Shown here: one piece after another, positions 38,886 to 49,233 of the stretch | How the letters are laid out: each line of letters starts with the position of its first letter | Position numbering within the stretch: position 1 is the first letter of the stretch | Made by a program: the position numbers and the translations under genes | Notes under the pieces: generated by a model | Seen by the model: the letters and a program-made list of their open reading frames with translations, nothing else | Databases searched by the model: none | Told to the model about the DNA's origin: nothing | DNA from: an uncultured bacterium | Lineage (GTDB): Bacteria; Oederibacteriota; Oederibacteriia; Oederibacteriales; Oederibacteriaceae | Reading direction: 5' to 3' | DNA: 64,000 nucleotides | NCBI GenBank assembly: GCA_965112635.1 | Contig: OZ218778.1 | Coordinates: 384,001 to 448,000, forward strand

Positions 38886-40187
38886 CTACTTGGCTTTTAG
38901 GATCGGACTTTCCTGCTCCACCGCAACCTGGGTCATCAGGAACTCCATGGTCTTTTCGTCCCGGACGTTTTCCCTGACCTGGAAGGTCATTCCCTTTTCC
39001 TCGAACTCTTTCTTGAGCTTCCCTAGGTCCTGGTGGTATTGGCTGGCGTATTGTTCCAGCCTCTGATCAACCTCTTCATCCTTGACCTCGATCTTCTCCT
39101 GCTCTCCGACCGCTTCCACGATCAACGCCACTTTGACCTGCTCCAAAGCCTTGGTTTCGAGTTGTTTTTTGATCTGCTCCCACTCCATTCCCAGCTCTTT
39201 GTAAGACATGCCCTTTTGTTTAAGCGACCGCTCGTTCTCCGCCGCCAGTCGGGTGATCTGCGCCTCCAGCAGGCTGGGCGGCACTTCCACGGTGCTCGTG
39301 GTCAGAAGCTTGTCCAGAACCTGCTCCATCATCGCGGCCTTGGCCTGGTTCTCTTTTTGCTGGACTAGCCCGTCCTTGACCTTCTCGGTCAATGAGGCCA
39401 GATCAGCCAACCCGCTGATGTCCTTGGCGAATTGGTCGTTGAGCGGGGACAGTTTCTTCTGCTTGACTTCTTTGATCTTCACTTGGAATACGGCGGTTTT
39501 GGAGGCCAGGTCTTTATTGGCGAAATCTTTGGGGAATGTGGCCTCAACGGTCTTTTCCTCCCCGGCCTGGACCCCCGCCAGCTGGTCCTCAAACCCTGGG
39601 ATGGTCACTTGGGAACCGAGCTCCAAAAAATAATCTTTGACGGTCCCTCCGCTGAAGGGTTTGCCGTCGATCAGACCCTCAAAATCCAGGACCAAAAAGT
39701 CACCTTTGGCGGCTACCCTTTCCTTGACGTTTATATACTCCGCAAAACGGTTCTGCAGGTCTTTTAAAGCCTGGTCAACTTCCTGATCCTTGATCAGGAC
39801 CGAAGGTTTTTTCACGGCTAAACCCTTATAACTGCCCAGCTTAACGGGGACCTTGACCTCCACGTGGGCTTTATAGACTAAGGCTTTATCCTCTTTGAAA
39901 TCAAAATGGTCCACCTTGGCCCTGCTGATGGGCACGATCTTGCTTTTTTCCAGCGCCTCCCGGAAAGAAACCTCCACCAGCTTCTCCAGCGTGTTCTTCT
40001 TGACTTCCTCGTGGTAATGGCTTTTCAGCATATCCAGAGGCACTTTACCGCGGCGGAAACCAGGCAATACCGCGTTCTGGCTCAAATTCTTGTAAGCGTC
40101 TTCGATCTCCTGCCTGACCGTTTCTTCGGGGACCTCGATCTCCAAGATCTTTTGGCAGGGTGACTCGTCAATGACATTAACTTTCAT
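38886..40187 (-). CDS. tig: trigger factor
   Basis: PGFRRGKVP, FKBP domain IPGFEDQL; precedes clpP. Confidence 0.96.
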   Translation of the reverse strand: MKVNVIDESPCQKILEIEVPEETVRQEIEDAYKNLSQNAVLPGFRRGKVPLDMLKSHYHEEVKKNTLEKLVEVSFREALEKSKIVPISRAKVDHFDFKEDKALVYKAHVEVKVPVKLGSYKGLAVKKPSVLIKDQEVDQALKDLQNRFAEYINVKERVAAKGDFLVLDFEGLIDGKPFSGGTVKDYFLELGSQVTIPGFEDQLAGVQAGEEKTVEATFPKDFANKDLASKTAVFQVKIKEVKQKKLSPLNDQFAKDISGLADLASLTEKVKDGLVQQKENQAKAAMMEQVLDKLLTTSTVEVPPSLLEAQITRLAAENERSLKQKGMSYKELGMEWEQIKKQLETKALEQVKVALIVEAVGEQEKIEVKDEEVDQRLEQYASQYHQDLGKLKKEFEEKGMTFQVRENVRDEKTMEFLMTQVAVEQESPILKAK

Positions 40188-40452
40188 TAAAACAACCCGC
40201 TTTCTTAAGTATTTTCAAGGATTTTCTAGAAAAATCCTGATATCTTCGCTACTTTTGGAAAGGTTAACTAAGAATATTTATCGTAACCAATAATAAGCAC
40301 CTTGTCAATCAACGCGAATTAACCCTAATTTTATCCTATAAATCAAAAAAAACCATGCTTTCAACAAGGTTTTTAAGCATTGCCCTAAAGTAAATACTGG
40401 CAATTTTTGAAAGAGAAAACAAGGAATTGCTGATGAATAGAGAGGGCTCCGC

Positions 40453-41355
40453 TCAGGCCTGGGTTTTGTCCAAGCTTTGGGCCAAAAGCGCGTCCACCAG
40501 GCTGTCGATCCTGTTTTTTTCAGGTACTGCGTCTTTTTTGGAAGCGGGCAGGCTGCCATAACCTAGATAAGCGCCGCTTAAAGCCCCCGCGATCGTTGCA
40601 ATGGCCGTGGCGCCTTCTCCGGTCTTTAAACAAAGGTCCAAAGTCTTGCCGAAATTATCCGGGGATTTCATAAAACAATAAAGGGCCGCCGGATAGCTTT
40701 CCAGCACGCTGTTTTGGGGCTGCATAACCTGTAGGACCAATTGGCCTTCCATGCCCAGATAGGAGGCCATGCTTTTCAATTCATCGCTGAAGCACGAGCT
40801 GACCGGCTCTATGAATTCCACGAGAGACTGGATGAAAAATAATTTATCCAAGGACGATGCCAGGGCCAGATAGGCCATGCTGAAAGCTTGGGTCAGAGCT
40901 CCGGCCAGTGCCAGAGTGTCGGTCTGCACGACCGAGGTAGTCTCCAGGACCACGCTCTTGAACTCATCCAATTTGCCGGCGTGATAAAGCAGGCCTAGGG
41001 TCGTGGCCAAGAGGGAGGCTTGCCACTCCGCGGTCGGCACCCCGCTTTTTTCCCATTTTTTATCGCTCTTGAGGTTTTTTATGGCCGCCTCAAAGGACCA
41101 ATATCCCTTTTGACCGGTGCTGGACCACTCCAAATATTTTTCAGCCACGAGCTTCCCTGCTTGTACCTTCTTTCGTCCGCTTTCCTGGGTGAGGGCTTCA
41201 CCGACAGACAGGGTGAGAGCGCAAGATGGAGAAAGAACTGGCAGGGGGGTTCCCGAATGGCTCATCTGTTCGCCTAAAACCATTCCGTAAAGGCAACCCT
41301 TAAATCTGTCCTTTAGTCTGAGATGGATTTCTATTGAGTTATTTTCTTTGGGCAA
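40453..41355 (-). CDS. ADP-ribosylglycohydrolase (DraG/ARH) fold protein, catalytic residues apparently lost
   Basis: DRFKGCLYG..LGE and TIAGALSGAYLG match the family, but the GDA, TDD and D.D motifs are replaced. Confidence 0.7.
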   Translation of the reverse strand: MPKENNSIEIHLRLKDRFKGCLYGMVLGEQMSHSGTPLPVLSPSCALTLSVGEALTQESGRKKVQAGKLVAEKYLEWSSTGQKGYWSFEAAIKNLKSDKKWEKSGVPTAEWQASLLATTLGLLYHAGKLDEFKSVVLETTSVVQTDTLALAGALTQAFSMAYLALASSLDKLFFIQSLVEFIEPVSSCFSDELKSMASYLGMEGQLVLQVMQPQNSVLESYPAALYCFMKSPDNFGKTLDLCLKTGEGATAIATIAGALSGAYLGYGSLPASKKDAVPEKNRIDSLVDALLAQSLDKTQA

Positions 41356-41389
41356 AAAAGATTCATCCTTTTGTGAACGGACCGGCTCA

Positions 41390-41842
41390 CTACTCTTTCA
41401 GCTTGACGATATTGGTGGCCTGGCGCATCCTGACGACCTCTTCGATGGAATTGCGGATTGAAGGATTGGCCATCAGAATGTCCTTGAAATCATGGGTATA
41501 GAGCACAAAAAACTCGCAGGCATCTTCGGCGATAATGGTGGCGTTCCTGGGCTCGCTGGTAACTAGGGCCATCTCCCCAAAATATTTCCCATCCTCCAGG
41601 TAGGCCAATAATTTTTTTCCAAAAAAACCTTTCTTTTTCCAAACCGCCACTCTGCCCGAGTAGATCATATAAAAAGCGTCGCCGGGATCACCCTCGCGGA
41701 TCACCACATGGCCTTTGGAACAGGACAGTTTATGCAGACGGGCCATAATAGATTCCAACTCGCCCATTTTTAATTTGCTGAAGAAGTCCACGCTTTTCAA
41801 GGTTTGCAAAATATGCTGGTACTGCTCTTTGTTCTCTGCCAT
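41390..41842 (-). CDS. stand-alone cyclic nucleotide-binding domain protein
   Basis: EGDPGDAFY.I.SG, YFGEMAL, PRNAT. Confidence 0.9.
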   Translation of the reverse strand: MAENKEQYQHILQTLKSVDFFSKLKMGELESIMARLHKLSCSKGHVVIREGDPGDAFYMIYSGRVAVWKKKGFFGKKLLAYLEDGKYFGEMALVTSEPRNATIIAEDACEFFVLYTHDFKDILMANPSIRNSIEEVVRMRQATNIVKLKE

Positions 41843-41884
41843 ACAGCCCGGCTCCTTTCTATGTTCATTTCATCTTATGCATAT

Positions 41885-42820
41885 TTATAGCATTTTATCG
41901 ACCATTGTGCAAAGTTCTCTTACAGAATCCACTGATTTCTTAAACGCTGCGGTTTCCTCTTGGTTTAAGGTTAGTTCGACGACTTGCTCACCGCCCTTGG
42001 TCCCCAACTTGACTGGAACGCCCATAAAAAGGCCGCTCAAACCGTATTCCTGCTGGCAATAATAAGAACAGGGCAGGATCTCTTTTTTATCCAACAGGAT
42101 CGCCTCCACCATTTCCACGACCGCCGCGGAAGGGGCATAGAAGGCGCTACCGGTCTTAAGCAGCTTGACGATCTCAGCCCCGCCGTCCTGGGTGCGCTTC
42201 ACGATAGCCTCCAGTTTTTCTTTGGGGATCAGCCGGGTGACCGGAACTCCCCCGACCGTAGTATGAGAAAGCACCGGGACCATGGTATCTCCGTGCCCTC
42301 CCAGCATAAGGGCGTTGATGCTTTTGACCGAGACCTGGAGTTCCCGGCTGATAAAGGTCCTGAACCTAGCTGTGTCCAAAACTCCGGCCATACCCAGCAC
42401 TCTTTCCCTGGGAAAACCTGAGACTTTGTAAGCTGTATAGGTCATAGCGTCCAGTGGATTGGATACAACGATGAGGATGGCCGAAGGAGACTTTGCTGCG
42501 GCTTCCCGAACCACCTGTTTCACGATCTCGACATTGACCTTGAGGAGGTCATCGCGGCTCATCCCGGGCTTCCTGGGTATTCCAGAGGTGATGACCACGA
42601 TGTCTGAACCCTGGGTCTCCTGGTATTGGTTCGTCCCGATGACCTGGCTGTCATATCCGTAGATGGGCCCGGTCTGGTTGAGGTCCAGCGCTTTGCCTTG
42701 AGGCAAGTCCGGAACGATATCCACAAGCACTACATCACCGAATTCCTTTTCTACCAGCCGCTGGGCTAAAGTGCCGCCCACAAACCCGGCTCCTACGACT
42801 GTGATCTTTTTTCTCGGCAT
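41885..42820 (-). CDS. mdh: malate dehydrogenase (LDH-like)
   Basis: [30 protein letters not shown]. Confidence 0.96.
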   Translation of the reverse strand: MPRKKITVVGAGFVGGTLAQRLVEKEFGDVVLVDIVPDLPQGKALDLNQTGPIYGYDSQVIGTNQYQETQGSDIVVITSGIPRKPGMSRDDLLKVNVEIVKQVVREAAAKSPSAILIVVSNPLDAMTYTAYKVSGFPRERVLGMAGVLDTARFRTFISRELQVSVKSINALMLGGHGDTMVPVLSHTTVGGVPVTRLIPKEKLEAIVKRTQDGGAEIVKLLKTGSAFYAPSAAVVEMVEAILLDKKEILPCSYYCQQEYGLSGLFMGVPVKLGTKGGEQVVELTLNQEETAAFKKSVDSVRELCTMVDKML

Positions 42821-42854
42821 AAAGCCTCCTCAGGGATCCCTTTTAGGATAGATC

Positions 42855-44069
42855 TTAGAAATTATTGATAATTTCTTCTCCGAATTGCGAACACGATATC
42901 TCCCTGGCTCCCGGCATGTTCCGGGCTAGGTCATAGGTGACCGTCTTGTTCTGGATCGCGCCTTCGATCCCTTTGACGATGAGCTGGGCGGCCTGGTCCC
43001 AGCCCAGATGCTCCAGCATCATGCACCCCGACAGGATGAGCGAACAGGGATTGACCTTGTCCTGGCCCGCGTACTTGGGAGCCGTGCCGTGCGTGGCCTC
43101 AAAAACAGCGGCCTGGTCCCCGATATTGGCGCCGGGAGCCATGCCCAACCCACCTACCTGCGCCGCGCAAGCATCGGACAAATAATCGCCGTTCAGATTG
43201 GGGGTGGCAATGACCTCATATTCGGAGGGTCTAAGGAGCACTTGCTGGAACATGGAATCGGCGATGATATCCTTGATCAGCAGCTTATCGGCAGGGACTT
43301 TGCCTCCGAGATCTTTCTCCACCTGGTCCCAGGATACGGTTTTAGCCCCGAACTCCTGCCGGGCGAGCTCGTAACCCCACTCCCTGAACGCCCCCTCAGT
43401 AAATTTCATGATATTGCCCTTATGGACCAGGGTAACGCTCTTCCGGCCCTTGGCCAGGGCGTATTGGATAGCCTTTTTTACCAGCCGCTTGCTTCCCGAA
43501 ACGCTCATGGGCTTGATGCCGATGCCGCTGTCCGGCTTGACATTTTTGCCCATCTGGGTCTGGAGGAATTCGATCACCTTGCTGGCCTCCGGGGTCCCTT
43601 GCTTCCATTCGATCCCAGCGTACACATCCTCGGTGTTTTCCCGGAAGATCACGACATTGAGCTTCTCCGGCTCTTTGACCGGGCATGGCACGCCTTTGAA
43701 ATACCGCACCGGCCTGACGCAGGCATAGAGGTCCAGTTCCTGCCGCAGGGTCACGTTGATGCTCCGGATGCCTCCTCCCACAGGCGTGGTGAGAGGACCT
43801 TTGATGGCCACCCCGCAATCCTTGACAGCCTTCAGGGTCGACTGGGGCAGCCATTCTCCGACGGCTTTAAAAGCCTTTTCGCCGGCTAAAACCTCCTGCC
43901 AGGCTATTCTTTTCTTGCCTCCATAAGCCTTTTCCACGGCCTTATCAAAGACCTTAACGCTTGCCCTCCAAATATCAGGGCCTGTCCCGTCTCCCTCGAT
44001 AAAAGGGATGACCGGATCATCCGGCACAAGGAGATTCCCGTTATCTATTTTTATCTTTGATCCGCTCAC
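42855..44069 (-). CDS. icd: isocitrate dehydrogenase (NADP)
   Basis: [47 protein letters not shown]. Start probably the GTG at 44069. Confidence 0.96.
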   Translation of the reverse strand: MSGSKIKIDNGNLLVPDDPVIPFIEGDGTGPDIWRASVKVFDKAVEKAYGGKKRIAWQEVLAGEKAFKAVGEWLPQSTLKAVKDCGVAIKGPLTTPVGGGIRSINVTLRQELDLYACVRPVRYFKGVPCPVKEPEKLNVVIFRENTEDVYAGIEWKQGTPEASKVIEFLQTQMGKNVKPDSGIGIKPMSVSGSKRLVKKAIQYALAKGRKSVTLVHKGNIMKFTEGAFREWGYELARQEFGAKTVSWDQVEKDLGGKVPADKLLIKDIIADSMFQQVLLRPSEYEVIATPNLNGDYLSDACAAQVGGLGMAPGANIGDQAAVFEATHGTAPKYAGQDKVNPCSLILSGCMMLEHLGWDQAAQLIVKGIEGAIQNKTVTYDLARNMPGAREISCSQFGEEIINNF

Positions 44070-44148
44070 TGGCGCATCCTTGTAAAATAGGATATTCAAA
44101 CAGAACAATTATAAGGGCGGGGTGGATAAAGGTCAATGAACCGGGTGT

Positions 44149-45348
44149 TCAACGGAAAAACCAATATAGACCCAGCGAAGCTACAAACACCATGGCGGTG
44201 ACAGGGACCAGCCTTTGGTACACACCGGCCCAATTGCTCTTGAAATAGTCCCTGGTCATCACAAAGCAAAGATGCATGGGCGACAGCATCTCTCCGCAAT
44301 AGCCGCTGGCATAGGCCAAAGGCAGCAGGCTCAAAGCCGGGGACATGCTGACGATGATCGGGAAGGTGATACCCACGTAAGGCAGGGTCATGCCGGTCAA
44401 CAGGCCGATCAAAAAGGGCAGGACAATGGCCACCCCTAGGGTCGACACATGGATTCGTTGGAAATCCTGGGTTAGCTGGGTCATGGCGCCGCTGGCTTCG
44501 ATCGCGAACTTGAAATACATGACCGCCAGGACGATCCCTAGCATGGGCCAGTTGATGTTTTTCAGGCAGATCTTCCAAAGCGTTGGCATCTTGATCCGGT
44601 ACATCACGACGCAAAGGATGATGGCGACCAGAAGGGACGGGCTCATCTCCAGTTGCAGTCCCAGGACCAAGCCCAGTAAAACCACTAAAGGCAGAACGGC
44701 GTAGATAAAACCCCCATAGCCGGATAAATCCCTCCCCTGTTGAGAAATGCGGCCCTTTTGTTTAAGTCCCCACAAACCCCAGATCACGCCACCCGTAATC
44801 GCCACGGCGGAAAGCAAAAAATTATGGATAACAACCGCTTTAATACTGCAGCCATATATTGTGGCGGATAAAAGCACGCCTGGGTAGGTCGGCAGAAAAT
44901 ACTCCCAGACATGCCTGAACCAATAGTTTAGGAAAGTTTTACGTTCCGGCCCGATGACAAGCCGCCGGGAACTCTCCTCCACCAGGGGCGCCGAAACGTA
45001 GGCTCCACCCATAATGGGCATCAAGCCGATGATAGCCGGAAAAATCGCCACAGTGACGCGGGCGTCGTTAAAAGTATGTTCTATCCTGTCCGTGACCTTT
45101 TTAAGTTGACCCGACTCTTTCCACAGGTCATTGAAGATGAGGACCAACACCAGGCTGGCAGCTAACTGGAGGGTAGAATAATTTAGAAGGGATTGGGGCA
45201 CCCCCTCCCAAAACAATTTCAAGGGCATGTTGAACAGCCATCCCAAAACAAGGGTCACCACAAAAATGGCCAGACCCAGGTCTAATTTCCGGACGATCAA
45301 CAGGATAAGCAAAGCAAGGATAAATAAAATTTTGAGAAGACTTATCAT
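44149..45348 (-). CDS. DUF401-like integral membrane transporter
   Basis: Multi-TM, with PAIIGLMP..GGA..SAP, NYWFRHVWE and LSPMHLC motifs. Confidence 0.8.
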   Translation of the reverse strand: MISLLKILFILALLILLIVRKLDLGLAIFVVTLVLGWLFNMPLKLFWEGVPQSLLNYSTLQLAASLVLVLIFNDLWKESGQLKKVTDRIEHTFNDARVTVAIFPAIIGLMPIMGGAYVSAPLVEESSRRLVIGPERKTFLNYWFRHVWEYFLPTYPGVLLSATIYGCSIKAVVIHNFLLSAVAITGGVIWGLWGLKQKGRISQQGRDLSGYGGFIYAVLPLVVLLGLVLGLQLEMSPSLLVAIILCVVMYRIKMPTLWKICLKNINWPMLGIVLAVMYFKFAIEASGAMTQLTQDFQRIHVSTLGVAIVLPFLIGLLTGMTLPYVGITFPIIVSMSPALSLLPLAYASGYCGEMLSPMHLCFVMTRDYFKSNWAGVYQRLVPVTAMVFVASLGLYWFFR

Positions 45349-46100
45349 TGAGAGAGGCCCTTTCCCCTGGGTTTTTCCATGTGCAAGAGGAATTCCCTGT
45401 TCCCTTCAGGACCCAATATCGGCGACTCCGTGTCCCCCAAAACCACAAAACCATTTTCTTTCCCGGCTTGCCGTATTTTTTTTATGATTTGCTGGTGCTT
45501 TTCCGGGTCACGGACCACTCCCTTTTTACCGACCTCACCCTTTCCAGCTTCGAACTGAGGCTTGATGAGGGCCACAACCTGTCCATCGGGTCGCAATAGT
45601 GGAAAAACGGCTGGAAAAATTTTGGTTAGAGATATAAAAGAAACATCAATCGTCGCAAGGTCGAACAAGACCGTGAAATCGGAAGGCTTGAGATATCGCG
45701 CGTTGGTCTTTTCTGACACCATAACCCTAGGGTCTTTCCTCAAGCGATAGTCCAGTTGACCGTATCCCACATCAACGGCATAAACTTGTTTGGCTCCATG
45801 CTGGAGAAGGCAGTCGGTAAAACCTCCGGTGGAAGCTCCTATATCCAGGACAATCCATCCGGTCGGGTCGATGTGGAAAAAATGCAAAGCCTTTTCCAGC
45901 TTTGACCCTCCGCGGCTGACATAGTTGGTTTCTTTCTGCTGGATGACAAACTTACTATCGTTGGCGCAAAGCTGGCCGGGTTTTTCAACGATCATTTCGC
46001 CGACCCTCACTTGGCGGGCTAGGATGGCGCTCTGGGCTTGCTGACGGCTGGGAAAATGACCTTTTTCGACCAGTAATTTATCGGCGCGCTCGCGCTTCAA
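45345..46100 (-). CDS. tlyA: TlyA family rRNA methyltransferase/hemolysin A
   Basis: S4 domain, YVSRGG.KL, DIGASTGGFTD, KPQFE, GPEGNRE. Confidence 0.95.
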   Translation of the reverse strand: MKRERADKLLVEKGHFPSRQQAQSAILARQVRVGEMIVEKPGQLCANDSKFVIQQKETNYVSRGGSKLEKALHFFHIDPTGWIVLDIGASTGGFTDCLLQHGAKQVYAVDVGYGQLDYRLRKDPRVMVSEKTNARYLKPSDFTVLFDLATIDVSFISLTKIFPAVFPLLRPDGQVVALIKPQFEAGKGEVGKKGVVRDPEKHQQIIKKIRQAGKENGFVVLGDTESPILGPEGNREFLLHMEKPRGKGLSQ

Positions 46101-46114
46101 GAAAGGTCCCTGGC

Positions 46115-47914
46115 CTATTCGGCCATGGAAACACGCATGACCTCGTCGATGGTGGTCAGACCTTTTTTGAGCTTGATGACGGCGCTATCACGTAAAGTCC
46201 GCATACCGGCGGACAAAGCTATCCGCCGAACCTCTCCTACATCTTTTCGTTTAAAAATTGCATCCCGAACAGGCTCAGACATGACCATCACTTCATAAAT
46301 AGCATTACGGCCGGCATACCCCCTGCTGCCGCAGCTCCCGCACCCCTTGCCGTGATAGAACTTGATGCCTTCAATTTCCTTGGAATCTATCCCGGCTGCC
46401 TCGAGTTTTTTGAGATCAGGATCTTCCTCTTCCTTACAATTATTGCAGATTAGTCGCAACAGCCTCTGGGCCACCACACATACCACCGAGGTCCCAACCT
46501 GGATATTGTCGACACCCATATCCACCAAACGGGTCACTGTGGAAGGGGCGTCATTGGTGTGCAGGGTACTCAAGACTAGATGGCCGGTCATTGCTGCCGT
46601 AATGGCAATACTACCCGTCTCTAAATCCCTAATCTCTCCAACTAATATAATGTTGGGATCCTGGCGCAGAGCAGCTTTTAAAACAGCCGGGAAAGTCAAA
46701 CCCACATCAGGATTGATATTGACCTGGTTTATGCCTTTGATCTGGAACTCCACCGGGTCCTCCGCGGTCATGATATTCCTATTACGGGTATTGACTGTAT
46801 TGAGCGCGGTATATAGAGTCCTTGTCTTACCGCTGCCAGTAGGTCCTGTGACCAGAACCATACCGTAAGGGCTACGGATAGCTTTCTCGAATTTAACCTG
46901 GTCATCCGGTTCAAAGCCTAAGGTATCCAGACTAAACTGGGTGACACTGCTGTCCAGGATGCGCATGACGATCTTCTCTCCGTGGATGCAAGGCAAGGTG
47001 GAAACACGAAGGTCGATCTTGCGTTTGCCGAAGGAAACACGGAGTTTGCCGTCCTGGGGTTTCCTTCGCTCGACGATATCCAGCTTGGCCATGACCTTGA
47101 TACGGGCGGCCACGGCCCTTTTAAGGGACGTAGGTAGCGGCTTCATCTCCTGAAGCTGTCCATCCAAACGATAGCGGACCGCGAAATTCTTTTCATAGGG
47201 TTCCAAATGAATGTCGGAAGCCTTCATGGCGATCGCGTTATGGATCAGGGTATTGACCAGTTTGATGACGGGAGCGTCATTGGCTGCCCCTTCGCCTTCG
47301 GTCTCTTCATCTTTTTCTTCCACGACTTCCATATCTCCGACAATGGCGTCCGTGGATTGCACGTTCATATCTTCCAGGGTTTCCTGGAGGCTCGGTTCCT
47401 CGCCCTCCGATTCTCCGGCTTTTTCTTGTTCAGCCATGAGTGCGGATGCGTCCACCGCCTGGACGGCCTGGACGACGTGGTAATACTTTTCCATTGCTTC
47501 CTTGATAAGTTGGGGCGTGCTCATGCTGTATTCGGTGTTTAAACCAGAACCGTGCTTGATAGTGTCCACCAGGTGGATCAGATTAGTATCCTGGGGGTCG
47601 GCAATGATCACGTTGATCGTGCTGTCCTTGATGGAATAAGGTAATACCTGGAACTTTTTGACCTGGTCCCTGGTCAGTACTTTCAAAGCACTAGGATCAG
47701 GCTCCTCGGTCGTAAGATCAACATAGGGCATGTTATTATTCATGGCCAGAAGATGAAAAAAGGCCTCTTCGCTGATATAGCCGAGGCCGATCATCACTTC
47801 TCCCAGTTTCTTGCCGCTCTTTTGTTGTTCCTCCAGGGCTTTGGTTAATTGTTGTTCCGTGATAATACCCTCGCTGATTAAGAACTGTCCTATGGCTGCG
47901 GGAGGCATAAACAT
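46115..47914 (-). CDS. GspE/PilB family secretion/pilus assembly ATPase
   Basis: MshEN-like N-terminus, ASDIHLEP, GPTGSGKT, EDPVE, LRQDP, TGHLVLSTLHTN, tetra-Cys. Confidence 0.92.
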   Translation of the reverse strand: MFMPPAAIGQFLISEGIITEQQLTKALEEQQKSGKKLGEVMIGLGYISEEAFFHLLAMNNNMPYVDLTTEEPDPSALKVLTRDQVKKFQVLPYSIKDSTINVIIADPQDTNLIHLVDTIKHGSGLNTEYSMSTPQLIKEAMEKYYHVVQAVQAVDASALMAEQEKAGESEGEEPSLQETLEDMNVQSTDAIVGDMEVVEEKDEETEGEGAANDAPVIKLVNTLIHNAIAMKASDIHLEPYEKNFAVRYRLDGQLQEMKPLPTSLKRAVAARIKVMAKLDIVERRKPQDGKLRVSFGKRKIDLRVSTLPCIHGEKIVMRILDSSVTQFSLDTLGFEPDDQVKFEKAIRSPYGMVLVTGPTGSGKTRTLYTALNTVNTRNRNIMTAEDPVEFQIKGINQVNINPDVGLTFPAVLKAALRQDPNIILVGEIRDLETGSIAITAAMTGHLVLSTLHTNDAPSTVTRLVDMGVDNIQVGTSVVCVVAQRLLRLICNNCKEEEDPDLKKLEAAGIDSKEIEGIKFYHGKGCGSCGSRGYAGRNAIYEVMVMSEPVRDAIFKRKDVGEVRRIALSAGMRTLRDSAVIKLKKGLTTIDEVMRVSMAE

Positions 47915-48059
47915 CCTTTCAAAAAATCAATGGGTAACTAACAAGCGTCCACTTACAGGGATTTTACCTGACCCAAAACACTTGAACATATTTTACTGCA
48001 ACAACAGTTTTTGCTCAAATCTTTCCTGTCCGCAAAAAACAGTAACGATATAGACTGAC

Positions 48060-49094
48060 CTACCAGTTGGACCTGAACCTGTCATTATCCCCGCTTTGGG
48101 GCACAGGGGTTGGCGTGGGGGTTGGCTGGGACAAGGTTGCCTGAGCCCTGCGTCTCCGTTTTAGCTTAGGCGTGGGCGTTGGAGAAGGAAGCGCCTGGGG
48201 GCTTTGGACACCTCTGGCCGGCGTTGGAGTTGGAGTGATGGTGGGGGTCACTGTCGCCAAGGCCATGGCTTCTGTTTTTGCGATGGGCTCAAAGAAGATC
48301 TTACCGCTCTTTTTATTGGCGACATTATCGTAGATATGGTCGTGAATAAAATCAACTATAAGAGTCCCCCACCAATTCCCCGGCATGGGAATATCTCTGG
48401 GGGCAAGATTATAAACGTCATATTTCGCGTTGGCATAGATCAGATCGCTGGTGACATTGGCCTGGCTGAAATCCTTGATATAGAGCCCGTAGTCGTTGTC
48501 GGTAATGATATTGTAGGTCACATCTAGTTTGGAGGAATAGAACCAGCTGGTGATGCCCCGGGTATTCTTCTCAATGCGATTCTTCGTGATATGTGGGCCG
48601 GCAAGATAGGCGATCTCGATGCCTCCCCCTTCGGAGATATGACAATTGGTAATGGTGGGTGAGGCATAATTGCATATAATCCGCCCTTTGGTGATATCGC
48701 ATTGCTGCAAAATACAGTCGGGAGAAGAACCCGTCGCGAAATAAATGGCCCCCCAGTTGTCACCTATGCCTGTAAGAACAAACCGTATGGGTGTTTCTGG
48801 GGTACCTACAGCAATGAGGGTCCCTTTGACGATGATATCCGTATCGGCAGTAGAAAAAGGTGTTTCTTGCCCGCCAGTGGTATGAGCCAGCCTCACCTCT
48901 ACACCCGCTTCAATGGTCAGCGTCACGCCGTTATCCACGATAACGTCGTCCGTGACCACATAAGGACTATTTTTGGCATACCAGGTAATATCTTCTTCCA
49001 GTAAACCATGCACCAAGGTGGCATCACTCTGGGCCCAGCCGGAAAGCGGCAAGGATAAAATCAAACCAGCGATGATAAAAAAGGTTTTTCTCAT
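48060..49094 (-). CDS. secreted right-handed beta-helix protein with a Pro/Thr-rich tail
   Basis: Signal peptide, SPYVVT..V.V..GVTLTIEAGV, parallel beta-helix repeats, NWWG, TPTPTP tail. Confidence 0.75.
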   Translation of the reverse strand: MRKTFFIIAGLILSLPLSGWAQSDATLVHGLLEEDITWYAKNSPYVVTDDVIVDNGVTLTIEAGVEVRLAHTTGGQETPFSTADTDIIVKGTLIAVGTPETPIRFVLTGIGDNWGAIYFATGSSPDCILQQCDITKGRIICNYASPTITNCHISEGGGIEIAYLAGPHITKNRIEKNTRGITSWFYSSKLDVTYNIITDNDYGLYIKDFSQANVTSDLIYANAKYDVYNLAPRDIPMPGNWWGTLIVDFIHDHIYDNVANKKSGKIFFEPIAKTEAMALATVTPTITPTPTPARGVQSPQALPSPTPTPKLKRRRRAQATLSQPTPTPTPVPQSGDNDRFRSNW

Positions 49095-49233
49095 TAACAC
49101 TCCTGAATCCATTTTTGATTGATAACTTTCTTGCTTGCTTTTGACTAATTGTATATGATTTTAGGAAAGAGAACAAAAAAATTAGATAAAAAATAGCCCA
49201 CATATACAATCTATATTTTTCAAAGGCGGTAAA

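Noticed and set aside
40190-40450. tRNA or ncRNA upstream of tig
   Set aside because: AT-rich intergenic DNA with no cloverleaf or stable stem seen; probably just promoter sequence.
41353-41370. Third homopolymer frameshift at the start of the ARH-like gene (nearby ATG out of frame)
   Set aside because: The TTG start has a usable AAGGA RBS, so no frameshift is needed.
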